Source of the DNA: the human T2T-CHM13v2.0 reference genome, Homo sapiens
Length of the DNA stretch: 64,000 bases
Strand: one strand, 5' to 3'
Assembly (NCBI RefSeq): GCF_009914755.1
Contig: NC_060932.1
Part shown: in pieces, positions 44,581-56,113 of the stretch
Numbering within the stretch: position 1 is the first letter of the stretch
Layout of the letters: every line of letters starts with the position of its first letter
Made by a program: the position numbers and the translations under genes
The notes under the pieces: model-generated
The model's input: the letters and a program-made list of their open reading frames with translations, nothing else
Told to the model about the DNA's origin: nothing
Databases searched by the model: none

Positions 44581-45954
44581 TGTCATGATGATGTAAACTT
44601 GGTGTGACACAGGACTACCTATCATAACTTCAAATCTCTCACAGATGACGTGTAGTATTAGACCCACACAGGCATTCAAAACATACTTGCCATTTGATGG
44701 ATAGTTTGTCAGTGCTCAAGCTGAGGATTCTGCCGTGTCTACCAATTTTTAGCAAAAAGTAACCTTAGGATCCGTCCATGTCTTTAGCTTTATGGAATGC
44801 ATTGTTGACTAGGTTTTTGGCACTGATACATGGGTTTGCATATCCGTTGGTCCCTTGATGGGTAGAATTCTGAGTATGCTGAGGCAGATGTTTGCTGATA
44901 CCTTCTGGTGGTATAGTGTGAAGTCCCCTTAAATTTATCCTATAATAGATCACCCAAATAATAGGTTATTCAAAGGAATAAGAAAGATACACATAACTTA
45001 GAACATAATTAAGAGATGAAACCTTACCATGAACTCTCTTTTGGATTATCCACTAATATATTTTAAAGTCCACACTTTGGGTGGAGGTAGAATGTAAGTA
45101 TATTAAGTGTAAATATGTGAGGCAGACTCAGTAAAAGGTTTCCAGGGAAAGTCTAAGTGGCGAGTTCTATTTTTCTAGTGATGATTAACATACAGCAAGG
45201 CACGTCATCAGACAGATCACATCTATCCATGAACAAAGCTGTTACATCGAACGCTGGTATAGAAGAGCACCAGTGAAAATATTGTGTATGAGTCAATCTT
45301 AGCCCTGTAAGTCCTAAAGCTTTTAAATGGGGTTGGTTGGCAATTTTAACAATAGAAAACAGTCATTTATCTTAATGGTTCAGATATCAATTGCTCTTCT
45401 ACTTTGTAATAAAATGACTTTTGGGGTAGGAGTAAGTTCAGTCCATCTCTAAATTCCTCACATGGTGCCAGCAAGAGCAGCTGAGATTCTATTTGCTATT
45501 AAGCTGCCAGACTGCTCTAGTCTTTCTTCCCTGTCTCTTCGCTAACAGCTCTCTTGTCCACTGTCCCCTCTTGCTGCTGGTAATTTTTGTCATCTTTACT
45601 ACTTCTAACATCTAATGCCATATCTTCTGCCTGCCACTTCTGCAGCGTGCCATTCCTTTCCTTCTGTGTCCCACTTTTTATTTTAATTTTGTGGTCTTTC
45701 TTTTTTCCAATTCTGTTGATCATGGAGCTTAGCCTTTTCAGCTGTCATTAGCCAATGCCACCTCTTTTTCCTGTTTCTATAAGTGCGAATGGTCTGGCTG
45801 CCTATTAGCTGGAACAGCAATATTGCCCATGCTCTTCTGATGTATGGAGATGTGATGTAGGGAGCAGCAAGGTGCTAGAGCATAAAATGATGAGGCTCCT
45901 CACTCATAGACAGAGGGTTTGCATATTCTCTCCCCATTCTGTTAGAGCATTTTT

Positions 45955-46307
45955 GGCCAGGCACAGTGGCTCCATGTGTTTAATCCCAGGACTTCGGGAG
46001 GCCAAGGAGGGAGGATTGCCTGAGGCCAGGAGTTCGAGACCAGCCTGGCCAACATAGCAATACCCCATCTCCACAAAAACAAAACAAAACAAAACAAAAC
46101 AAAACAAAACAAAAAAACACAACAAAATGAGCCAGGTGCAGTGGTGCGTACCTGTAATCCCAGCTACTTCAGAGCCTGAGATGGGAGGATTGCTTGAGCT
46201 CAGGAGTTCGAGGCTGAAGTAAGCTATGATCACACCTCTGCATTCTAGCTTGGGTGACAGAGTGACACCTCGTCTCAATTTAAAAACAAAACAGAATGAA
46301 AAGAAAT
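45955..46307 (+). mobile_element. AluJ-like with (CAAAA)n in the linker
   Basis: TSD TAGAGCATTTT / TAGAACATTTT. Confidence 0.93.
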
Positions 46308-46611
46308 AGAACATTTTATTCAAAGAAAAGTCATTGCATGAATGGCCTAGTGTGGGAGACAAAAAAAAAAAAAGATTGTAATCTCCAATCTCCCTATCTC
46401 TTCTATACTAGAGTATAAGCTTTTTAAGAGTGGGAACCATGCCATATTAATGTCTGCTGTCATTATACATATACATTTTACATTATATACACAACATATA
46501 TACACAGTATTCATTGCATAGCACCTGGAACTGATTAAGTGTTCAAAGTATGCTTCTCGAATGAATAAAAGAATGACTCAAATAATCAGAGGTGTGGCAA
46601 AGGTGTTAGGG

Positions 46612-47048
46612 CAGTGGTTTTTAGTAGAATAACAAAACGCTCATTTAGAAGACATTGATGCCTAGGTGCCCAAACCAGGACAAGTACCATTAGTTGATTC
46701 TAAGATGCAATTTCCCCCTACATTTTATTTTTTATTTTAGAGACAGGATCTCACTCTGTCACCCAGGCTGGAGTGCAGTAGCATGATCTTGGCTCACTGC
46801 AACCTCTGCCTCCGGGGTTCAAGTGATGCTTCTTACACTCAATGTGTTAAGAAAGGTATTGTCTCATAATTTGATTGAAAACATTTTTCTTTTTTAGTTG
46901 CACAGAAAATGCACTTCAGAGGGCCAATGACATCTTAGATTTGATGAAATACAGTAAATCAGAATCTCTAGAGGATGTAGCCCAGAGCAAAAGTATGGTT
47001 TAAAGTGTCTGAAGTGAGTCTGATGCACACTGCAAGTTAGAAGCCTCT
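46612..47048. mobile_element. MER5-type MITE containing a MER104-like TcMar MITE (~46688-46955), which contains an Alu 3' fragment (46723-46827, minus)
   Basis: Inner TIRs TGATTCTAAGATG / CATCTTAGATTTGATGAAATAC; outer CAGTGGTT...AATCAGAATCTCT...TCTGATGCAC. Confidence 0.6.
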
Positions 47049-47689
47049 ATATTAGGGGGACTTTGATGAGGGAGAAATTAACAAGGGACCACTTTTTTGT
47101 CTACCTCTAAATCCTCAGCACAGCACCTGGTCCATTGTAGATAACCAGTCCTCATCTGCTGAACCAGATGGAATTATTTAGGGCCTTAGAGAAGCCATCA
47201 AAATTGAGATGATCTAGTAACTGTCCTGAAAGACATGTAGGAATTTTTCAGGTGAGAAGAAAAAGTCTAAGAGAACAGCATGTACAAAAGCAGAGAAGTA
47301 TGACAGCCTAGACTACCTGGGGAAGAGCAAGTGGTGGCTGTCATTGGAGCGAGAGGCAAGCGGGGCGGGGAGTCTGGGAAGATGGTGTTTTATAATTTAA
47401 CCCAGTCCCTATTGGGGTTAATTTGAGAGGAGATCAATGAGGAGCAAGGGAATCAGAGCAAATTTAAATGCTGATCTCCACTCTATTGAAGTTCTGCACA
47501 GCCCAAGGATTTCTTTAACCATCTCCTAGCTTTCATTTTGTTGGGGTTTTATTTTTATACCAGGTGCCGTGGCCTTAATGCTACTGCTTGCTGGCCCAGG
47601 AATCCCACCAGGCTTCTACCTTTTCTCTTTTTGACCTCACTGTCACCCAAAATATCTCTAGTGCCTCACTGATTTATCGCTTTAGTTCT

Positions 47690-47790
47690 GCTTCAGAGTG
47701 GCACACCTCCAGGGGGCACCATCCACACTGTAATATCTGAATAGTGCCCACTCTACACAGCTCTGCAGCACGGAGGCCACTGGGGCTGGG
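47690..47790. mobile_element. MER91-like palindromic hAT MITE with CTCF motif
   Basis: CCTCCAGGGGGCACCATCCA...TGAATAGTGCCC imperfect inverted repeat. Confidence 0.5.
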
Positions 47791-47794
47791 TGTT

Positions 47795-48030
47795 GGCAAG
47801 ACTATGGGCTTTGGAGCAAAGCTGTGACTTTAAATTCTGACTCTTGCCACTTACAAGCTGTATAAAAGGAACAAATGGCCTGCTGCTGTGCCGGTTTACC
47901 GTTCTGCAAAATGGGGATAATAGTACCTCTTTCACTGCATTGTGAGGATTTAATGGTTTAAAGTGGAAAAGCTTCTGAAATAGTATTTGGCATATAATAA
48001 GCACTCCAAACCCTTAGCTAATATTATTCA
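47795..48030 (+). mobile_element. MIR
   Basis: GGGCTTTGGAG...CTGCAAAATGGGGATAATAGTACCT...GTGAGGATTTAATG. Confidence 0.8.
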
Positions 48031-49149
48031 CTTGGTGCTTTCTATAACATATGCAATTTCCTACTTTCCGAGAGTTGCTTGGTATTTGCTGTCTAGTTAT
48101 TACTCTTCATTTGGCTACAAAGAGGAAGAATAGTGGTGGAAATGTGCTAGTAATCTAGTAGTCATGCTTGTTTCAGGTGTAATTTTGTTCCTGAATTCCA
48201 AAATCACCCATAGCTTCAGTAATAGTTCTCTGCTTTACTATGTTCTATTTGGCAGAATGTGATGGAATTCACAGGAGGAAGCAAATTAATTTGCTGGAGT
48301 CAGTTTCATGTTACTTAGCAGTCTTTGGAACATTTCCACTTAGAGATTATTAAAATGATCTACCTAGAGTCAACCTGGAATGTTGGTGGGAATACAAGCA
48401 CCATGCCTTTCCCTCCTTGAGATTTGGACTCGACATCTCTGATCCATATTGTGGGTTATCTTTTATTTTTACTTGGTTTAACTTCAGGCTTTTTGCCTTG
48501 TTACACCAAGCCCAGGTTTCATGTGGCTTCCTTACTCACCGCATAATCAGCAGCATTAATTTGAAGAAGGAATTAGCTAAATGTTGGGGACTTCCTGTGT
48601 CATATGAAACTTTCAGAACCAACCTGAAACAAACCCAGTTAGGTCTCCCCAGAACACATTTGATTGGCAGTTTGTTGCAAAAAGGGATGGCTCAGGTTTT
48701 TAAGTGAATGTTAATTACAGAACGATGTCATGGGGAGCCCACTGAATGTCTTTAACCCATTTTTAAAAAGCAGGTCAAATTCGGCATCTGGAGGATAACT
48801 TGTAATTTGGTCGAAAATAATTGAACAAGTTTAACATGAAATTCAATAAAGGGGTCAGGGCTATTCTAGGTTTAAAATTCTGAGACAAATTTGTTCAGAC
48901 AAGAAAGGCTCTTGTCTGTTGTCCATTATCACCAAGTCCAAGAGAGTACCTGCGTTTTTGTTTCTGCCTTGTAAAAAGAAGATTCTGCTGAATCACTCTT
49001 GGTATTTATTTAGAAAGACATAAAAAAAAAAGCCAGTGGTCTCTCTACCGTAACAGGTGAGGTTTGTTGAACTATGGTAGAAGGAATGTAGAATATAGAA
49101 AGGTTTCAAGCTCATACCTTCTAGGAAGAAGAAAAACGAGAGTGATTTA

Positions 49150-49720
49150 TGTCACATGCATTCCCCAGCAGCAGACCCTGAGAGAAGATTCACATGTAAG
49201 TGACCTATTAAAGATAGTAGCCAGGGAGACCAGTGAGATAGTGGGGCAAGCGGCACAGGGAAGGAGAGCCAGAGCACAGTGGGTAGCTTCATCCTGACCC
49301 CACCAAAGAACTCAGGGGTACAGATTGTGCAAGGGAGCAGAGGCTTTTATATTCCTGCCCCCATTAGCCAATGATTAAGAACCATGGGGAGAGTGGGGAG
49401 GGCTTTGGGGACAAATTCTCAGACACTCCCAGTTTGCACAGATGAAGGCAAGCAGGCTCCAGTGTTGATTCTCAGGTGTTGGCTGTTGAAGATGAACGCC
49501 ATGGACATTTCAGAAAATATTTATGTAGAAAAAGAAAGAAAATAAGTAGCGATAATGCTATAACACAACCCAGAGGAAACCATTGTTTACATTGTGGTGT
49601 GAGTCCTTCTCACCTTTTAGTCAATGCATATATATGGAAAGATGAAAGCCGTGGACGTGCACAAAATGGTAAAAAAGGACCCAAGGGGACATGGGGAGAG
49701 CACTGACCTTGTCCACTACA
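49150..49720 (-). mobile_element. ERVL LTR16-type solo LTR interrupted by a 134-bp insertion
   Basis: TTCCCCAGCAGCAGACCCTGAGA start; ...GAGCACTGACCTTGTCCACTACA end. Confidence 0.65.
49506..49640 (+). repeat. Copy 1 of a 135-bp direct repeat (inserted copy)
   Basis: 13 substitutions and no gaps versus 50878-51012 by manual alignment. Confidence 0.95.
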
Positions 49721-50877
49721 GAGAGGAAGAGACAGACCAGGAGCAGGAAGGCAGAGGCCAGGGCTCCTTTAATTCCCCCCTGCCTCCCCACTGCCTGAGG
49801 CCAAGCTTTAATGGAAGGAGAGGGAAAGGGTGCCTCTAGGAGTATCTGGATGTGAGGGAACCATACAGCATGGGTGTACGCCAAGCTTTTATTGAGGGTA
49901 GTCTGGCACTGTTAGGGTGGGGAGAGTTATCAGGTAGAGACGGAGCTGGGGTTCAGTCTCCTTCGTCTCCTTGCAGCAGCAAAGATGTGCAGGGATTCCC
50001 TCACGCAGGTGGACTGCACTGGGTTAGATGCCGACTGGGAGTCAGTGGATCCCAGGTGTACATCTTTGCGCCAGTGAGCACCAAGGTGAAACAAACACAA
50101 GTCAATCAGCCAGGGAGGGCTGCAAGGTCATAAGGTTGGGGGCATGGCAACGCAGGTGAAGTGGGTCTTTGGTGGAAGGTGTCAGTGGAGCATAAAAAGA
50201 TGAGCTGGAGCTGTCAGTCCCATTTTCCTCCCTGGGTTCCTTTCTCTTCTGGAGAATGAGAAGGGCCAGGGTAGAGCTTGGAGGAGGGGAGTCAAGAATT
50301 GAGAGCTTTGGCCTAGTTCTAGACTTTAAATTCAAGGGTGAGAGATAAAGGGACCTCGGAAATCACTGGAGGAGGAAGGGAGGCAGCCCGGGGGTCCTGA
50401 CAAAAGCCTCACCTGGGCCCCGAGCAAAAGCACATCTAGCTGTAGGCCCCCTTCTTCTGCCTGCCTTGGGAAGCCGGCAGGGAGAGATGGGCACAGGAGG
50501 GTGAGGGACGAGACAGGCAAGACTGTGGATAAGGTGAGATGCAGGTGAGTCTCAATGTCTCCCAGGCCCATTTTTGCAAAGCCTTCCTCCTTTAGTGACC
50601 TTGGACGCCTTCATCATAATGCTGTGGCCCCTTTCCCAGGCTGGCTTCACCTAATGTAGAACTGTTTCATCCTGTCCGAGCCTATCAAACATCTCATTTC
50701 CTCAGCGCTCTGGTATCAGCTGGCCGGCTTTCTAATTAACATCAAGGCGTTAATACCTTCCTCTCATGCTCACAGTATAATGTGCTTCCTTTTCCAAGGT
50801 TATTTGCAAGGGAGAAGGGTACAATCCTTTCGTCTTTGAAAAATAATTTTATCATTTTCTTTCTTATGAAAACACCT

Positions 50878-51012
50878 CATTTCAGAAAATATTTATGTAG
50901 AAAAAGAAAGGAAAAAGATGGCAATAATTCCATAACACAGCCCAGAGGAAGCCATTGTTTACATTGTGGTGTGAGTCCTTCTTACCTTTCAGTCAACGCA
51001 TATATATGGAAA
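50878..51012 (+). repeat. Copy 2 of the 135-bp direct repeat (probable donor, old L1ME-like relic)
   Basis: As above; AT-rich context continues on both sides of this copy. Confidence 0.95.
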
Positions 51013-51507
51013 ACATGTACATGTATATGCTAAGTTTATTTGCATTTTAGCAGAGAATTCTTGAGGAGATGGCCAAAGTTCTCAGCCAAAGAAATGAATA
51101 TGTCCCAGTGAGATTTGCGTTGTCCCCTCTGCTTACATGGACTCTGTAGTGAGCAGGGGCAGGAGTGAGTCCAGTGAACAGCCCGAGATACCTACCCTTT
51201 GTTCAACTGGCCTGGGGCTGGTGAGGTGGCAGGCTTGCAGACTCGGACAGCAGGCATTCAAATATAAAGACTTAGGAAAAGCAGGTGGGAGTCATGTTTG
51301 GAGCAATCCCAGATGGAGTTCCCAGTGGGTTTTTTTGTCTGGACAGGAATCTGAGTCAATTTTGGTCACTGGCAGCTGGGACACACTCAGCTTTTTTGGT
51401 TTATATATTAAGGTGCACCAAGTCTTAAAGATTTGGAAACTTGTAGGGCAATACTTGATTCTTTTGTAGACGTCAAAATTCACCGTGTTCCAGGAACAGC
51501 CAAGTTA

Positions 51508-51912
51508 TGTGTCACGGGCTGGTTTTCCAGGAAGCAGGCTCTGGGATGAAGTTTCGTGAGCAGAGAGTTTATTGGGAAGTGCCCTGGAGAATAGCACCTG
51601 TGGAGGAAAACAGGCTTGGGCAGAAGGAGAAAATGAGTTGCAATGCGTGCCTGCCAGCTTCCGCTGATCTCACCAGGGCTTTGACATTGGAATGGCCCAT
51701 CAGAGTCGCCCTGTGTTGGGCCCAGATGGCCTGGCCTTTATTCTCTTTTCCTGCTTCATTGGTCACTGGATGTGGGCTGCCCGGAAGGGTGTGACTTGGG
51801 GAGGCAGCTCTCTGCAGCTGAGGCAAACCCTGAAGGAGCTCACAGCTGTTTGGGAAGAGTCGCGAAGGAGAAACAAGACACATTCATGACACGCGTTCAT
51901 CCCTGCGCCACA
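51508..51912 (-). mobile_element. LTR16A-like ERVL solo LTR
   Basis: GGAAGCAGGCTCTG...GTTTATTGGG...GGCAGCTCTCTGCAGCTGAGGCA. Confidence 0.7.
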
Positions 51913-52104
51913 GTAGGTGGGCATGAGACAGTCTGGCATGCTGAGGAGAGTGGTGAACTTGGGGGGTGGGATGCAGGCTGTGGTCTAAATCATTGACATC
52001 TAATTTATGAAAATACCGTGCTGGCCAAGCAAAACACATTTTGGATTAGCCTCTGTATGTGGCCTCCTATTTAGATCCTCTGTGCTCTAGGGAGAAGGCA
52101 GTGT

Positions 52105-52310
52105 CTCAGCTCCAGCTGTGGCTTACTCGCTGTAAGACCTGGGCCAGATGATGTAATCTCTGCATGTCTCAGTGGCTCATCAAAAAAAAGGAAGGGAATC
52201 ATAGTTATATCTGCTGTGAAGAGCTGCTATGCAAATTAAATGAAGTAATCCATGGAAAGCACTAAGCACAGCACCAAACACATTGTTAGTACTCAGTCAA
52301 TGTGATATGC
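52105..52310 (+). mobile_element. MIR
   Basis: CTGTAAGACCTGGGCC...TCTCAGT...ATTAAATGAAGTAATCCATGGAAAGCACT. Confidence 0.7.
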
Positions 52311-52333
52311 TCTTATAGTAATTATGACATTGG

Positions 52334-52637
52334 TTTTGTTTTTTCTTTTTTTTTTTTTGAGAAAGAGTCTTGCTTTGTCACCCAGCCTGGAGTGCAGTGG
52401 TGCAATCTTGAGTCACTGCGACCTCCGCCTCCCAGGTTTAAGCAATTCTCCTGCCTCAGCCTCGTGAGTAGCTGGTACTACAGGCATGTGCCACCATGCC
52501 TGGCTAATATTTATATTATTTTTAGTAGAGACAAGGTTTCACCATGTTGGCCAGGTTGGTCTCAAACTCTTGCCCTCAAGTGATGTGCTTGCCTTGGCCT
52601 CCCAAAGTGCTGAGATTACAGGCGTGAGCGCCTGGCC
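52334..52637 (-). mobile_element. AluS
   Basis: Full dimer; TSD GACATTGG. Confidence 0.95.
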
Positions 52638-52689
52638 GACATTGGCTTGTACCTTCGGATTACCAGAAGTTCTTGGTATTTATGATTCT

Positions 52690-53702
52690 CAAAGTTGATC
52701 TTCTGGGCTATCTCTCCTGGCTTCATAACCTGTTCCCATTGCCTACTGGATTTTTCTATCTGGTTCTGACTAACTCAAGGTCAATTACCACCCTGCCACC
52801 CAACCCCTTATGAGCTATATCTCCTTCCTGATCTGTTTCTCCACACTTACTGCCTCCCAGATCAGACACTCTCCATGTATTTCAGAGTCACCCAAACTGG
52901 AATCTTTAGAGGTGTCTTTTCTACCTCCTTCCTCTGCCTTTCTTTCCAGATTCCGTTACTCACCAAGGCTGCCCTGTTGATTCCATCTTCTAAAGAGTTT
53001 CTTACCTTTTCCTCTTTCCCTTGCCTTACTTCACCTCTCATCCCTGTGTCTACTTTTGATGAACTGCATTTCATTCTCCAGATGGCTGCTAAGGAGATTT
53101 TTTTTCCAAACCACAACCATGATCATGGTATTCCTCAGCTTACATCCTTCCTACCTCATTGCTTCCAGCAGAAGTGCTAAGCTCCTCAGACTGTTTTGTG
53201 ATCTGGGCTCTACCTACCTTTCAAGGTTCATCTTTTATCACTCCCCACAGGAGCCCTTGCTACCGCGCCGATCTGCCTGCAGTTCCATGAATGTGCCGTG
53301 TTCTATAATTCTGTGCTTTCCCATGCACAGTTGCTTCTGTCTGGCAGGCTTACCTCCCCACTTGCCCATCTTCCTGGAGAATTCTTATTTATCCATGAAC
53401 TCTTAGTTCATACATCATCTCCTCTGGGATGTCTCCCTGACCTAGTTCAGACTTTGGCATTCTCTTTTTTACAAATCTCCGTCATTCATTTATTTGAAAC
53501 TTATTTTTTCAACAAACACTTACTGAGTTCTCATGATATGTCAAGCAATCTGATCAATGCAGCTATTGAGTTATTTGTCATATGTCTAACTGCAAATCTC
53601 TGAGCCACAAGGACAGTGGCTTTCTTAATTTTGTATTCCTAGTATCTAGCATAGTGCCTGGCATGTAGTAGGTAGTCAAAAATACTGTCTGTATAAATGA
53701 AG
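52690..53702 (+). mobile_element. L2
   Basis: 3' end CTAGCATAGTGCCTGGCATGTAGTAGG...ATAAATGAA. Confidence 0.75.
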
Positions 53703-55159
53703 ATAAAGTGCCTGTTGCCTAAATAGTAATCTGGACAGATGATCTGACCAAACACTTTTTTAATATTAATGAATGCATTTATGTAGAATCTTATAAAATT
53801 AATTAATTTTTAATTATTCTCCTGGCTATGCGAAAAACAATAAAAGGACACAGAATTGAACAAGTTTCCAAAACTGGTTACTCTGATTAGGGGGTTACTT
53901 TCTTTGGGCTTAGTTGGAGGTCCCCTTGAACCTTGGTTTTCTGGGGGTTTATGAGAGTTAGGCCCTTTCCTCATTAGTGTCCTATTCCTTTGAAGGACTA
54001 AAATCCATCCTGGTCTGGAAGCAGGAGACCTGGTAGTAGAGATGCTGATCTCACATATAGCTTCCCAGGAATCCACAATTATTTTGCACCATTTTATTGT
54101 AGGCCAATTCTACAAGAAGAAAACATTTTCCTTCTTCTCATTTCACCTTTCATTCCTTCTGTCTTTGAATTTTCTTTTTTATGTGCAGGCAATTATAAGA
54201 TCTACCTTCATCCTAGGCTTGCTGTGGCACACATAAACTGGTAGCCTTTTGAGGGAGGCACATAGTGGCTGGAGAGGAGCTTTGTTAACATTTAGTAGCT
54301 CTCCAGCCCAGCCTCAGTACACAGAGAGATCATCGTGGGTCCTGCCTACAGTCACTTAGGAGTGCTTTATTTCAACTTCTCAGTGGTGATAGTTCCAGAC
54401 TGAGGCACTTGGGAGTGGTTTATTTGAACTGTGAGCTCTTGTACTTCTGGAATTGGAAGTGTGGCATGAGGCCATCACATTGGGTAGTGGGTGGTATGCA
54501 AGTGCCTGGAAAAGTATCTGTCTTCCTTGACTTCCAGCTGGTCTTTTTCCCCCTGTAAAAGGACTATCAGTGTGGAAAGATACAGAGCCTAAAAGTTGCT
54601 ATTAATGTAGCGTAACTAATTAGTGATTTAAGGAACTTTGAAAGAACAAGGAGTTCCATAACAAGATGACGTTTACATTAAAAATGATCCCCAGCTGGGG
54701 AAATGTACTAGACATGCAGTTTATATAAGGAAAGAACATCCCTCTCTCCCTGATATAGTCCCTGCTGCTTTTAGAAAATAGTTAAGCTTTCTTTGATGGA
54801 CAGATGATGGATTTATGTCCTATCCAGAATGCTGTAATCAAGAATCCAAGGCTCTCCTTGTTCTGGCTGAAAATGGATAGCTGTATTGTGTGGTGATCTA
54901 GTCTTGTTCACAGACGGTGATCACTATCAAGTCGTTTCAGACTAAGATCTATTGTCTTTGTCTCTGAGTTTAAAATTTGAAAATTTCATTTATAAGCCAT
55001 ACCAAGTTTTTACAAATTTAAATAGTTAAATAAAATCTCTTCTGGGTGCAAATATTTCTTCTACAAAACTGTTATATCTTTTTATTCAAGGGGAGGCAAA
55101 TTTACATATACTCCTTATGTTACCCTTTATGTTTAAGATCAAAGGGCATATGCCTTTCA

Positions 55160-55990
55160 TTTTTGTTTTAAAATATATGTTTGAATGATACATGCATCAT
55201 AGTATGAAATATTTAACATACAAAATCACATACAATTATTAAGCCTTCCAGAAAATTAAACTACCCAGTCTTTCTATGCTTACTTGGGGTTATTTCCTTG
55301 TTATCAGTTTATTCCTCCAGAATTATTCAATGCATATCAGAAATAGAAAATATATATAATATGTTTTTAACATGAAAAATAAGGCCTGCTTTTCCCCTTC
55401 ACTTAATAATATCTCTTGGAGATGATGGTGGTAAACATCATTGCTGCTCACCCATATTTCCACTTCTCCTCTTGCCTAATTCAGTAGGAAAGCACTTCTA
55501 ACCCATTGCAGTTAGGTGGCCATATGAGTTCTTTGAATGAATGAAATGTACCCAGAAGTGACACGTGGCACTTCTAGGTAGAAGAATTTAAGAGTAGGTG
55601 CATAATTTTCTTTTTCCCTCATAGATGCACCTGCACTATGGTTATGAATTTCTGGAGGATGAATCCAGGTTCCTGAGTGAGGATAACATGGTGCAGGGCA
55701 TCCTCCTATTCCACAATAGAAAAATAGTTTTGTTGGCTTAAGCTACTAAAGTATTCAGATTGTTTGTTATTGCAGTATAACCTAAGCTATTCTGGGTAAT
55801 ATAGAGATTGTTCTATATTAGTATGTATACAGCTACCTCATTCTTTTAAAAATATAAATAGAAATCTATTGTTTGGTTGTAATATGGTTTATTTGGCTAG
55901 CTGCCTATTGATGGATATTTAGTTTTTTCCTAATATTTTGCCTTTACAAACAATGCTGCAGTAAATACCTTTGTAAATTATATTGTTAGA
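55160..55990 (-). mobile_element. L1ME-like 3' relic split by an MLT1(I/J)-type LTR (~55422-55803, plus strand)
   Basis: CCTATTGATGGATATTTAG...ACAAACAATGCTGCAGTAAATA; LTR end GTTTGTTATTGCAGTATAACCTA. Confidence 0.7.
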
Positions 55991-56057
55991 GCTGGATCCT
56001 TTTTGATCCTTCTTCTTTGAATGAGATGAGATCTTCTTGGATCCACTATTTGCTGGA

Positions 56058-56076
56058 ATGTATGTGTGTATGTGAG

Positions 56077-56113
<37 letters not shown>
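56058..56113. repeat. (TG)n/(TATG)n microsatellite
   Basis: Direct inspection. Confidence 0.95.

Noticed and set aside
47360-47380. G-quadruplex
   Set aside because: Only three G-runs.
49476-51033. Two ORFs sharing HFRKYLCRKRK...HCLHCGVSPS, suggesting paralogous small zinc-binding proteins
   Set aside because: The similarity comes from the 135-bp non-coding duplication; both start at non-ATG codons and lie in repeat relics.
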